Under the pieces are notes generated by a model that had not been told where the DNA came from, made no database searches, and was given only the letters and a program-made list of their open reading frames with translations. A stretch of DNA of 64,000 bases from NCBI GenBank assembly GCA_037447435.1, contig JBBIGR010000012.1, forward strand, positions 32,001 through 96,000, given 5' to 3'. Of this stretch, positions 1-9,106 are shown piece after piece. Positions within the stretch are counted from its first letter, which is position 1, and each line of letters starts with the position of its first letter. A program made the translations under genes and the position numbers. Origin of the DNA: Fibrobacteria bacterium. Lineage in GTDB: Bacteria; Fibrobacterota; Chitinivibrionia; Chitinivibrionales; FEN-1185.

Positions 1-477
1 GACAAGAAATCAAATGATAAAGTCGGCATGGAAGGCTATGGCCTTGGATCCTCAAGTGCCGGGACCAATGCCGCCGGCAGTTACGAGGCTGCGTCGCCAT
101 CATCTTCGTACCAAGCAACGCCGACGCCGAGTTCAACGCCCTATAAAGCCGAATCGAGCCCTTATTCGCCTCCGGTAGCAACGCAATCTACTCCGGCCGC
201 GACAAGCAACTCTCCGTCATCGACGTCGACAACTTCACCATCGCCAGCACCGGCAGCGTCATCTCTGGGGGCAACGGCGACTCCCGCTGCGACAGTGCCC
301 GCACAAAGCAGCCAAACAACAACGCAATCGCCTTCGGCTACATCGTCTCAATCTAATGCTGCCCCTGCAGGAAGCAGCAGCACAACAACAAAACCGTCTT
401 CGGGTTCTTCCAGTTCAACATCAACGACATCAGGGTCCGGATGGGGAACCGACAGTACTTCCAAATCCGGATGGTAA
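1..477 (+). CDS. 3' part of a gene truncated by the window edge; Ser/Thr/Pro/Ala-rich low-complexity C-terminus ending ...SGWGTDSTSKSGW
   Basis: Frame is open from base 1 (GAC AAG AAA...), so the ATG at 28 is probably internal; followed by a terminator. Confidence 0.7.
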   Translation, partial: DKKSNDKVGMEGYGLGSSSAGTNAAGSYEAASPSSSYQATPTPSSTPYKAESSPYSPPVATQSTPAATSNSPSSTSTTSPSPAPAASSLGATATPAATVPAQSSQTTTQSPSATSSQSNAAPAGSSSTTTKPSSGSSSSTSTTSGSGWGTDSTSKSGW

Positions 478-498
478 AAAAAGGTTAGAAAACATGGC

Positions 499-528
499 AA
501 AGGGCCGGTAGCAATACCGGTCCTTTTT
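499..528 (+). terminator. Intrinsic terminator
   Basis: AAAGGGCCGGTA-GCAA-TACCGGTCCTTTTT hairpin with GNRA loop and T-tract. Confidence 0.8.
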
Positions 529-626
529 ATTTTGAACACTCCCAAAGGCCTCCGACAAAATCGGGGGTCTTCTGCATTGTGGGTAAAGTATTTTTGTCTT
601 TCATATAATTCAAGGAACTTTTGTTT

Positions 627-1895
627 ATGCTTGTAGCGCTTCAAAATCTCGGATGCAGTAAAAACCAGGTGGATGGCCAACAAATGCTTGGCCATCTTGT
701 CAGTGAAGGCTTTGTTGTTACCACCGATTTCAGCGTTGCCGATATCATAATTGTAAACACTTGTGCATTCATTCAGGAGGCGACCCAAGAAGCGATTCAT
801 GAAATCCTTGAGATGATTGTTTACAAAACAGAAGGAAAATGCAAGACACTTGCCGTGGCAGGCTGTTTTTCCCAGCGATTTAGGGATGAGGCGAAAAAAG
901 AATTCCCGGAAGTCGATTTGTGGCTTGGCGTCGATGATTGGCCCCGCATACTCAAACAACAATTCCATATATCGGTTTCACCTTCGTATATTCGAACCCT
1001 TTCGCAGCCATTGGCTACCCAATATTTAAAAATCGCGGAAGGATGTTCGCATCGCTGCAGCTTTTGCGCCATACCTCTCATCCGCGGCTCATTTAAAAGC
1101 AGGGCGAAAAACGACATTCTTGCCGAAGCGCGATGGCTTCAGACACAGGGGGTAAAGGAATGCATTCTCGTTTCACAAGACACATCTTCCTATGGAGCCG
1201 ACATCGGCTCCTCGCTTATCGATCTGTTGCGCGATTTATTGGATAGCACGTCGTTTCCGTGGATTAGAATCATGTATTTACACCCGCAATTGGTAAGCGA
1301 TGAATTTTTGCATGTTGTTGCCCAAAATCCTCGTATTGTTCCCTATTTCGATATTCCGTTGCAACATATCAGCGACGATATTCTCAAATCGATGAAACGC
1401 CGTCCGCTTTCAAAAGGCGTTTATTCGCTAATAGAGCGGATCCGAAGCATTGTACCCAATGCGGGAATTCGAACGACGTTCATCGTTGGATACCCCGGGG
1501 AGACGGAAAAGCACTTTTCCGAATTGTTAAAATTCGTCGAATGGGCTCGCTTTGAGCGCTGCGGCATTTTTCCTTTTTCCCGCGAAAAAGACACCGAGGC
1601 GTATTCGCTTAAAGGAAAACCGAAAAACAATACCGTTTCCGCACGATGCGATGAGCTTATGGCATTGCAATCACAGATCAGTTCACAGATTTGCTCTTCA
1701 CGTATCGGAAAAAACCTCGATGTTATCATAGACTGCCAAGGCGATGCCGGATTTGAAGCAAGAAGTAAATGGGATGCTCCGGAAGTGGACGGCACGGTTT
1801 TTATTCCACAGGGAAATTGTCCTATAGGATCCATACAACGCGTTACCGTTACGGGCAGCAAAGAATATGACCTTGTTGCAAAGCTCATTTCTTGA
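627..1895 (+). CDS. rimO: Ribosomal protein S12 methylthiotransferase
   Basis: N-terminal LGCSKNQVD, NTCAFI, radical SAM CSHRCSFC, C-terminal TRAM with DAPEVDG; ATG 627 chosen over TTG 621 (AAGGAA upstream). Confidence 0.93.
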   Translation: MLVALQNLGCSKNQVDGQQMLGHLVSEGFVVTTDFSVADIIIVNTCAFIQEATQEAIHEILEMIVYKTEGKCKTLAVAGCFSQRFRDEAKKEFPEVDLWLGVDDWPRILKQQFHISVSPSYIRTLSQPLATQYLKIAEGCSHRCSFCAIPLIRGSFKSRAKNDILAEARWLQTQGVKECILVSQDTSSYGADIGSSLIDLLRDLLDSTSFPWIRIMYLHPQLVSDEFLHVVAQNPRIVPYFDIPLQHISDDILKSMKRRPLSKGVYSLIERIRSIVPNAGIRTTFIVGYPGETEKHFSELLKFVEWARFERCGIFPFSREKDTEAYSLKGKPKNNTVSARCDELMALQSQISSQICSSRIGKNLDVIIDCQGDAGFEARSKWDAPEVDGTVFIPQGNCPIGSIQRVTVTGSKEYDLVAKLIS

Positions 1896-1986
1896 ACGTC
1901 GGCAGTTTTGACTTTAATTAAATGCATGATGTATCTTTGCCAAAGTTTCGTGTCTTTTTGCGATAAGATGAAGGAGTGATTTAGTT

Positions 1987-2262
1987 ATGCCGACCTATGA
2001 GTATGAATGTGAAAAATGCGGTCTTCTTTTCGAGGAATTCCAAAGTATAACGGCAGAACCTTTAACTTCCTGCAAAAAAGAGGGTTGTAACGGTCATGTC
2101 AAACGATTGATATCGCCCGGTGCCGGTTTCCTTTTTAAAGGAAGCGGATTTTATATCACCGATTACCGCTCGGAATCTTATAAAAAACAAGCAAAAAACG
2201 ATTCCGGCTCATCAAGTTCGGGTTCTTCAAGTTCTTCAGACGCTGGGAAAAAGTCCACCTAA
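1987..2262 (+). CDS. FmdB-family zinc-ribbon protein
   Basis: MPTYEYECEKCG...C...C...KRLIS...FKGSGFYITDY signature; AAGGAG SD. Confidence 0.9.
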   Translation: MPTYEYECEKCGLLFEEFQSITAEPLTSCKKEGCNGHVKRLISPGAGFLFKGSGFYITDYRSESYKKQAKNDSGSSSSGSSSSSDAGKKST

Positions 2263-2309
2263 CGGTGCATTCATTCCATTGTTTCACTTTTTCGCATTAA
2301 AGGCAAATC

Positions 2310-3317
2310 ATGTTTATTGATGAGACTACTATTATGCTCACGGCCGGAAACGGTGGGAACGGCTGTTTTGCCTACTTGCGCGAAAAATATCGCCCCATGG
2401 GCGGTCCAAGCGGCGGACGCGGCGGGAAAGGCGGCAGCGTTTTCATTCAGGCTTCGCATCATTTACACACGTTGCAAGACCTCGATTTCAGAAGACAATA
2501 TAAGGCTGAAAACGGGGCACACGGCAAAGGCGGCCATAAAGACGGTAAAGATGCTGAGGACATTTTAATTCTCGTTCCCATCGGAACGGTGATATACGAT
2601 GCCGAAACCGGCGAATTGCTTTATGACGCGCTCGACGAAAATAAAACGTTCTGCGCAGCTTTGGGCGGCATTGGCGGCCGCGGCAACGCAGCGCTTAAAA
2701 CCAGGAAAAACCCGCTTCCTGATTTCGCGGAAAAAGGAAAGACCGGTCAAAAACGCCGACTACGACTTGAGCTCAAAGTTCTTGCGGATGTGGGGCTTGT
2801 CGGCCGTCCGAATGCAGGAAAGTCGACGTTTCTGTCTACCGTCTCCGCAGCACGGCCGAAAATCGCCGACTACCCGTTTACCACGACGCAACCGTATCTT
2901 GGCATTGTCAGATGCGAGGGATATCAGTCGTTTGTCGTTGCCGACATTCCCGGCATTATCGAAGGTTCCCATACGGGGAAAGGTTTGGGCATCAGGTTTT
3001 TAAAACACATTGAACGAACACGCGTGCTTGCCATTTTAGTTCCCGCCGACTCGCCCGACCCAAAAGCAGAAGCAAAAATTCTTCTCAAGGAACTGGCGGC
3101 TTATAGCCCGCTTCTAGCCGATAAACCGACCTGTTTTATCCTTTCGAAAAATGATTTATTGACAAAAGACGCAAAAAAGTCGGTTCCAAAAGGTTGGCTG
3201 ACCATGTGCGCGGTAACCGGTGAAGGCGTTCCCGAAGTTCTTTTAGCCCTAAAATCACACTTGGAAAAGGCATTGGTCGACGCCTCGATTCCAACCGAAG
3301 ATATTTTCATGCCATGA
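2310..3317 (+). CDS. obgE: GTPase Obg
   Basis: MFIDE..., Gly-rich Obg fold, GRPNAGKST, YPFTT, DIPG. Confidence 0.96.
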   Translation: MFIDETTIMLTAGNGGNGCFAYLREKYRPMGGPSGGRGGKGGSVFIQASHHLHTLQDLDFRRQYKAENGAHGKGGHKDGKDAEDILILVPIGTVIYDAETGELLYDALDENKTFCAALGGIGGRGNAALKTRKNPLPDFAEKGKTGQKRRLRLELKVLADVGLVGRPNAGKSTFLSTVSAARPKIADYPFTTTQPYLGIVRCEGYQSFVVADIPGIIEGSHTGKGLGIRFLKHIERTRVLAILVPADSPDPKAEAKILLKELAAYSPLLADKPTCFILSKNDLLTKDAKKSVPKGWLTMCAVTGEGVPEVLLALKSHLEKALVDASIPTEDIFMP

Positions 3318-3760
3318 CCCGCGACATTGCGATACGGCTGGCAACGATTTCCGATATTCCGGCAATTTTGTCTATCGAAGCTTTGAGCAAAAGCGTCACC
3401 TGGACCGCGCAAAATTTTTCCGAAGAATTATCTAAAAGCAATTCGATTAACCTCATCGCCGAAAATGATGGTTCTGCCGCAGGTTTTTTATTGTCCGAAT
3501 ACGTTATCGACGAATGTTGTATCGACACGATGGCCGTCGCCCCCTTCTATCGGCGATACGGCATTGGTAAAAAACTCATCGAATCATTATTTTCAATCGC
3601 GAAACAGCGCGGCATCGCATCAATACATCTGGAAGTACGGGCAGGCAACAAACCTGCCATTTCACTATACAAATCAATGGGGTTTTGCAATCGGGGTGTC
3701 AGAAAAGCATATTATAATGATACGGGAGAGGATGGGCTCCTCATGTATTATAAGGACTGA
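3314..3760 (+). CDS. rimI: RimI-like GNAT N-acetyltransferase
   Basis: MAVAPFYRRYGIG, LEVRAGNKPAISLYKSMGF, RKAYY; ATGA overlap with obgE. Confidence 0.85.
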   Translation: MTRDIAIRLATISDIPAILSIEALSKSVTWTAQNFSEELSKSNSINLIAENDGSAAGFLLSEYVIDECCIDTMAVAPFYRRYGIGKKLIESLFSIAKQRGIASIHLEVRAGNKPAISLYKSMGFCNRGVRKAYYNDTGEDGLLMYYKD

Positions 3761-3762
3761 AA

Positions 3763-4347
3763 ATGCCATTGACAATTGCTAACCGCATTACGATCGTTCG
3801 AATTCTTGCCATACCTTTTTTCATAATGCTGCTTATGTATTATTCCAAAGGAGCTGTTTTAGGACAACAACACCCGATTCTCCGATGGTCGGCTTTTGGC
3901 ATTTTCCTCAGCATTTTCCTTTTGGACGCGGTTGACGGATATATTGCCCGATCAAGAGGCGAAATTACGCATCTGGGCACGATTTTGGATCCGCTTGCGG
4001 ACAAATTAGTACTTGTATCCGCGTTACTTCTTTTATCGATTCCGCCCTATGCTTCCGCGTTCCAACCGCATTTGCCGTTTTGGTTCATTGCAGTCATAAT
4101 CAGCCGCGACATTATTTTGTCTTTAGGAGCATTGCTCATACAAAACATTGTCGGCTCGCTTACCGTTCGTCCCCGAGTTACGGGAAAAATCGCAACATTT
4201 TTCCAGGGGACAATTATCGTTTGGGTGCTTATCGGTTTGCCTGACGTTCCCTTTTTCTGGCTTATTGGAATCGCGGCACTTTTCATAGTCGTATCCGCCA
4301 GCCAATACATCTTCGACGGTATACGTCAATTGGAAAAAGCTAAGTAA
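3763..4347 (+). CDS. pgsA: CDP-alcohol phosphatidyltransferase (PgsA-like)
   Basis: ANRITIVRI; DAVDGYIAR...GTILDPLADK motif; multiple TM helices. Confidence 0.85.
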   Translation: MPLTIANRITIVRILAIPFFIMLLMYYSKGAVLGQQHPILRWSAFGIFLSIFLLDAVDGYIARSRGEITHLGTILDPLADKLVLVSALLLLSIPPYASAFQPHLPFWFIAVIISRDIILSLGALLIQNIVGSLTVRPRVTGKIATFFQGTIIVWVLIGLPDVPFFWLIGIAALFIVVSASQYIFDGIRQLEKAK

Positions 4348-4361
4348 CGAAAAATAAAAAC

Positions 4362-4384
4362 GGCGTATCCGCTACGGACACGCC
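4362..4384. terminator. Hairpin between convergent genes
   Basis: GGCGTATCCG-CTA-CGGACACGCC with A/T-rich flanks. Confidence 0.65.
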
Positions 4385-4430
4385 AATTGTTTTAAATCGA
4401 AAAAAGCAACTCGTGCTTTATTTGAATCTT

Positions 4431-5327
4431 TTAAAACTTCTTTTCCTGTTTAAAATCCAAACTCATTTCTACAAACGGCACCCATCGGTCTTGGCTATGA
4501 TCGGTAATGAGTGAGTCGTAGGTTGCTTCGGATTTTTTTGTCCAGGTTTTCTTCGCAGGATCGAACGTTTCGAAATTCTGTCGTACCGAAGCGAATCTGT
4601 TTACAAAAATAAAAATCGTATCGCCAAGGCAATCGTAGGTCCCGTCCGAACGAAATTCGTAATCTTCCTTAAGGTTTTTGCTGCTCTGGCCTTTTTTGGT
4701 TTCGACAAGTTTCGCTTTACCGTCTTTACCAAAAGTAAATATTTTCTTTTCTACCGCATTAATGGCTTTGTCGGCTTCGCTTTTTGCCTTGTCGGTAAAA
4801 ACCCATTCGCCCGGTAAACGGGCAAGGATTTCCTTTGATCTGTCTTGATTAAATTTGAGTTGCGGCAGCATAGCCACGGCTTTTTTGGCATTATCTTCAA
4901 CTTGGTAAATCCAATTTTTTGCGGAGAAATCGTTGATAACCGCTATCGCACTATCGAGCTTTTTTGCCTGCATTCCGGTAAAAGAGCTTTTTGCGTTCAT
5001 GATAATATTGACCAGGGAATCGGTAAACGGTTTCAATTTCACCAGGTTTTCCTGATACAGAGCTTCAGCCTTTGCAACGACAATGCGGGCCGAGTCCAAG
5101 GATTTTCGTGCCGTTGTCTTTTCGTCTTTTTGTTTGGCATATCCCGCGCCATAAACGAACTTTATTGCATCCGACAATGAACTGTCCGGTACGCCCTTGG
5201 CTTTCAGCAAATCGATACGTTTTTGCATATCGTCAATTGACTTCTGGCTTACGGAACATCCGGCAAGCATTATAACGCTTAAGGCCAAAAGGGGAAGCAA
5301 AAGACAAGCGAGCAACGATTTCTTCAT
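4431..5327 (-). CDS. Hypothetical lipoprotein (helical N-terminus, beta-rich C-terminus)
   Basis: MKKSLLACLL...LAGC lipobox; GGAGG SD before ATG 5327. Confidence 0.75.
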   Translation of the reverse strand: MKKSLLACLLLPLLALSVIMLAGCSVSQKSIDDMQKRIDLLKAKGVPDSSLSDAIKFVYGAGYAKQKDEKTTARKSLDSARIVVAKAEALYQENLVKLKPFTDSLVNIIMNAKSSFTGMQAKKLDSAIAVINDFSAKNWIYQVEDNAKKAVAMLPQLKFNQDRSKEILARLPGEWVFTDKAKSEADKAINAVEKKIFTFGKDGKAKLVETKKGQSSKNLKEDYEFRSDGTYDCLGDTIFIFVNRFASVRQNFETFDPAKKTWTKKSEATYDSLITDHSQDRWVPFVEMSLDFKQEKKF

Positions 5328-5465
5328 ATAATTTCCTCCCAAAAAAAAGAGCGTAGAAAAATGGAACGGAGAAGTGTATTGTACCTATAGAAATAAGATA
5401 TGTATCAATTCATAGTCAAGAAGATTTATGGCGCAATTCGAAATCCAACCAACATGCAAAAAAAA

Positions 5466-5523
5466 TCGCCCGGCTTTGCTTGGGACATCCCTTGTTTAAA
5501 ACATTCCTTGCAAAGCCGGGCGA
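5466..5523 (-). terminator. Long inverted repeat downstream of degP
   Basis: 14-bp perfect IR TCGCCCGGCTTTGC / GCAAAGCCGGGCGA, 30-nt loop, T-tract on the minus strand. Confidence 0.65.
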
Positions 5524-5551
5524 AAATAATCGGCCTTATACTGTTGAATCT

Positions 5552-7132
5552 TTATTTTCCATGCAAGGTAAAAGCCAAATACAATGTGTTTGGCCCCCTT
5601 CGTATAAGGAATAGCACCGCAGATTCGGGCTTAATGGATTTCGCTATCTTCGCATAATCCTTTACCGATGTAATCGGCTGACGGTTGATTTCAACAATTA
5701 CGTCTCCCGGCATCACGCCTTCCCCTGCCGCTTGAGACGATTGGTCGACCTCGGTCACAATAACCCCTGTGACATCTTCATCAAGGTTATATTGTTGCCG
5801 TATCTGCTCATTTATGGCATTGACGGTCAGACCGAGTTGCACGGCAGAATCTGCACTTTCCTGCCCTTTTTCATTTCCTTTGGAAAGATTATTGATTTTC
5901 CCTTCATCCCGTTCATTGAGAACTACGCTCACGGTTATTTCCTTACCGCCACGGAATACAACGACAGGCACCTTTTTGCCAGGTTCAATAGTCGCTACCG
6001 TATTTTTAAGGTCATTTGAGCTTTCGACGGGTTTTCCGTCTATTGTCAGGACCACATCGCCGCGTTTAATACCTGCTTTTTCTGCTGGCTGATTTTTAAA
6101 AACATCCGAAATAAGTACACCCTTTTTGCTCCCCAAACCAAGGGCATTATGCATTGATTCGTTGATGTCCTGAATTTGAACCCCAAGCCATCCGCGAGTC
6201 ACCTTACCATGATAAATGATGTCTTCCATTACGCGTCGTGCCATATTAATCGGTATTGCCATTCCGATTCCCATAAAACCGCCCGAGGTAGTGTATATCA
6301 TGGTATTTATACCGATAAGCTCGCCATTTAAATTGATGAGAGCGCCGCCCGAATTTCCCGGATTAATCGCAGCATCGGTTTGAATGTAATTCTGGAATTG
6401 TGTCGGGTTTTTATCATCGCGCCTCCCAAGTGCGGAAACTATGCCTTGAGTGACTGTGGATGTCAATGCAAACGGATTACCTACTGCCATGACCCATTCA
6501 CCGACCCGTAATTTGTCGGAATCCCCGAGATAAGCAATAGTTAAATCCTTTGCCTGGCCTTTTATTTTAAGCACTGCTACATCGGACAAGGAATCCACTC
6601 CTACGATCTCCGCTGCAAAGGTACGCTTATCCGAAGTCTTGATTTCTATTTCGTCGGCACCGTGTACTACGTGGAAATTCGTGAGAATATAGCCCTCTTT
6701 GGATACGATGACGCCCGAACCAAGCCCCTGTTGTCGACGGAGTTGTTTTTTGTTTTGCTGAGGCTGTTGCTTGTGAAATTGCTGGCCACGGCGTGGCGTG
6801 CCGAAAAACTGATCGAACGGAGATCCGAAATCGTCGTCGCCGAAAAATTGATAAAAAGGATTATTATTAAAAATAACGGTGTCGATTTGGGTTGGGATTA
6901 CCGAAACCACAGATGGAACGACCTTATCGGCCAAATCGGCAAATACCGTTCGAAACGATTCGAATTCTGGCGTTGTTTTGACATTCGGTTTTTCTTTGGC
7001 TCCAAACGTTATGGATCCTTTCTCCGGCCTTTTCCCTTCTGCAAATAAAAACTTGCAATCGACAATGTACATTCCAAGCATTATTGCAAGAACGGTGGTG
7101 AACGGAATTACCCGCTTTTTTAAATGTAACAT
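5552..7132 (-). CDS. degP: DegP/DegQ (HtrA) serine protease with two PDZ domains
   Basis: LGSGVI, TNFHVV, DVAVLKI, TDAAINPGNSGG, two PDZ domains; likely start ATG 7132 after AAAGGA. Confidence 0.93.
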   Translation of the reverse strand: MLHLKKRVIPFTTVLAIMLGMYIVDCKFLFAEGKRPEKGSITFGAKEKPNVKTTPEFESFRTVFADLADKVVPSVVSVIPTQIDTVIFNNNPFYQFFGDDDFGSPFDQFFGTPRRGQQFHKQQPQQNKKQLRRQQGLGSGVIVSKEGYILTNFHVVHGADEIEIKTSDKRTFAAEIVGVDSLSDVAVLKIKGQAKDLTIAYLGDSDKLRVGEWVMAVGNPFALTSTVTQGIVSALGRRDDKNPTQFQNYIQTDAAINPGNSGGALINLNGELIGINTMIYTTSGGFMGIGMAIPINMARRVMEDIIYHGKVTRGWLGVQIQDINESMHNALGLGSKKGVLISDVFKNQPAEKAGIKRGDVVLTIDGKPVESSNDLKNTVATIEPGKKVPVVVFRGGKEITVSVVLNERDEGKINNLSKGNEKGQESADSAVQLGLTVNAINEQIRQQYNLDEDVTGVIVTEVDQSSQAAGEGVMPGDVIVEINRQPITSVKDYAKIAKSIKPESAVLFLIRRGPNTLYLAFTLHGK

Positions 7133-7186
7133 ACTTCTAAATCCTTTCGAATATTGTATTACATAAAATGGGTTGCCTAAGAACAT

Positions 7187-7216
7187 AAAAGAAGCGCTTG
7201 GCCGAGCGCCTCTTTT
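7187..7216 (-). terminator. Terminator after guaB
   Basis: AAAAGAAGCGCT-N6-AGCGCCTCTTTT. Confidence 0.65.
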
Positions 7217-7323
7217 ATGATAATCTTCCTTGTTTTCAGATAGGATTTCGATTCGTCGGAGAAAAAATTGTCATGATGCAGAAGGGCGTTCCAGTCAGGG
7301 GCTGGTCGCCTAAAAATCGTCTT

Positions 7324-8829
7324 TTACTTGTTACCTTCCTTATCGACGGTTTTAATATTGCCGGTACCGCCTTCCGCAAACGATTGTTCGGAAACGCGGG
7401 TAAGCACCGCATTATTCATAAACTCGCTTAATGTCAATGCGCCGGCATTACACATGGTAGATTTCAATTTCGCCGTTGTAACGCCCATTACATCGGACAA
7501 TGATCCCACGATAGGAACGTATCCGTCAACGCCTTCCTCAAATTTGAAATCGGATTCGCTTTCGCCGTTGTACCGTTGCCAATTCCGTGCACGGTTCGAA
7601 CCCTCTCCCCAATAGGGTTTAAATAATCTGCCGCCGATGGAAACTTTCGGCGTCGGGCTCTCGGTTGTCATTGCAAAATAACGGCCCATCATCACAAAAT
7701 CGGCTCCCATTGCAAGCGCGATGATGATTTGGGTATCATTGGCTAACCCGCCATCGGAACATACCGGCACGTAAATGCCGGTTTCTTTGAAGTAGTTGTT
7801 TCGTGCGGCAACCACATCCATGAGCGCGGAAGCCTGGCCCCTGCCGATTCCTTTTTGCTCGCGGGTAATGCATATTGATCCGCCGCCGATGCCGACTTTG
7901 ACAAAATCAACTTGGGCCTCCGTGGCCAAATACCTGAATGCTTCGCCGTCGACAACGTTGCCTCCGCCGATCACGACACTGTCGCCGTATTTTTTGCGCA
8001 CCCAAACGGCCGCGTCGCGCTGATATTCCGAGTATCCGTCGGATGAGTCAAAGCATAATGCATCCGCGCCCGCAGCGACAAGTGCAGGCACACGGTCCTT
8101 ATAATCGTGCGTATTGACGCCGCATCCGACCGCGATACGCTTCTTTTCATCGAGAAGTTCGTTCGGATTATTGATGTGATCGATAAAATCCTTTTTGAAA
8201 ACCAAAAACTGCAGTTTTCCGTCTTTATCGATAATAGGTAGACATTCTTTTTTATTTTGGCGCAACAGTTTATTCGCATCATGCAACGAGAGTCCGACAT
8301 CGCCGAACACGACATTTGCTTTTGCGGTCATGCATTGAGAAACGGGAACGTTCAGGTCATCTTCAAATTCCCAGAAATCCTTGTCCGTAAGAATGCCGAC
8401 AAACGTACCGTTGGGTGAACCGTCATGAGTGACCGGAATGGTGGAATGTCCGGTTCGTTTGCTGAGAGCAACGGCTTCGGCAAGGGTATTATCGGGTCGC
8501 AAGTTCGAATCCGAAAGGACAAAACCTGCTTTATAGTGCTTGACACGCGCAACCATTTCCGCCTGATTTTCTATGGATTGCGAACAAAAAATGAAGGAAA
8601 GGCCCCCTTTGCGCGCAAGGCCGATCGACAGGTCGACGCCCGAAACGGCTTGCATGCTTGCCGATACAAAGGGAACATTCAAAGAAAACCGTGACTCCCC
8701 GCCTTTTTTAAAACGAGCCATCGGAGTTTTCAAATTCACATTGGAAGGTATATGCTTTGTCGTGGTAAGGCCCGGAATAATAAGAAATTCCGAAAACGTG
8801 CGTGAAACTTCTTCAAGAATTTTGGCCAC
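7324..8829 (-). CDS. guaB: IMP dehydrogenase with CBS domains
   Basis: SASMQAVS, catalytic [29 protein letters not shown]; likely GTG start at 8829 after GAGGTG. Confidence 0.93.
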   Translation of the reverse strand: MAKILEEVSRTFSEFLIIPGLTTTKHIPSNVNLKTPMARFKKGGESRFSLNVPFVSASMQAVSGVDLSIGLARKGGLSFIFCSQSIENQAEMVARVKHYKAGFVLSDSNLRPDNTLAEAVALSKRTGHSTIPVTHDGSPNGTFVGILTDKDFWEFEDDLNVPVSQCMTAKANVVFGDVGLSLHDANKLLRQNKKECLPIIDKDGKLQFLVFKKDFIDHINNPNELLDEKKRIAVGCGVNTHDYKDRVPALVAAGADALCFDSSDGYSEYQRDAAVWVRKKYGDSVVIGGGNVVDGEAFRYLATEAQVDFVKVGIGGGSICITREQKGIGRGQASALMDVVAARNNYFKETGIYVPVCSDGGLANDTQIIIALAMGADFVMMGRYFAMTTESPTPKVSIGGRLFKPYWGEGSNRARNWQRYNGESESDFKFEEGVDGYVPIVGSLSDVMGVTTAKLKSTMCNAGALTLSEFMNNAVLTRVSEQSFAEGGTGNIKTVDKEGNK

Positions 8830-8951
8830 AGTCACCTCGCTCGGATCAATTTGTGTTTCATGTAAAAAACGATATTCACACAAAAATATATCCCGATACG
8901 CCCAATTACATAAAAACCCATGTTTAACTTTTTTTAAAATACTGTTAAAAG

Positions 8952-8994
8952 TGTGATGATAATCACAACCTGAAATTTAACAGTATTATATATT
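8952..8994 (+). promoter_or_regulatory. CRP/FNR-type box plus candidate -10 upstream of vgrG
   Basis: TGTGA-TGATAA-TCACA (8952-8967); TATATT at 8989-8994 puts the box centre at about -41.5. Confidence 0.65.
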
Positions 8995-9106
8995 TTGTTC
9001 ATGCCCATTGGAACTACATTGCGGGAAAAAGTTTTTTTCAATGAAGCATACGCACTTTTTTTGCGATAACTACCGATATGGTTAATAAAAATCAAGGAGG
9101 CCGTTG

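Noticed and set aside
348..968. 206-aa minus-strand ORF
   Set aside because: Overlaps rimO, a terminator and the upstream gene; no motifs
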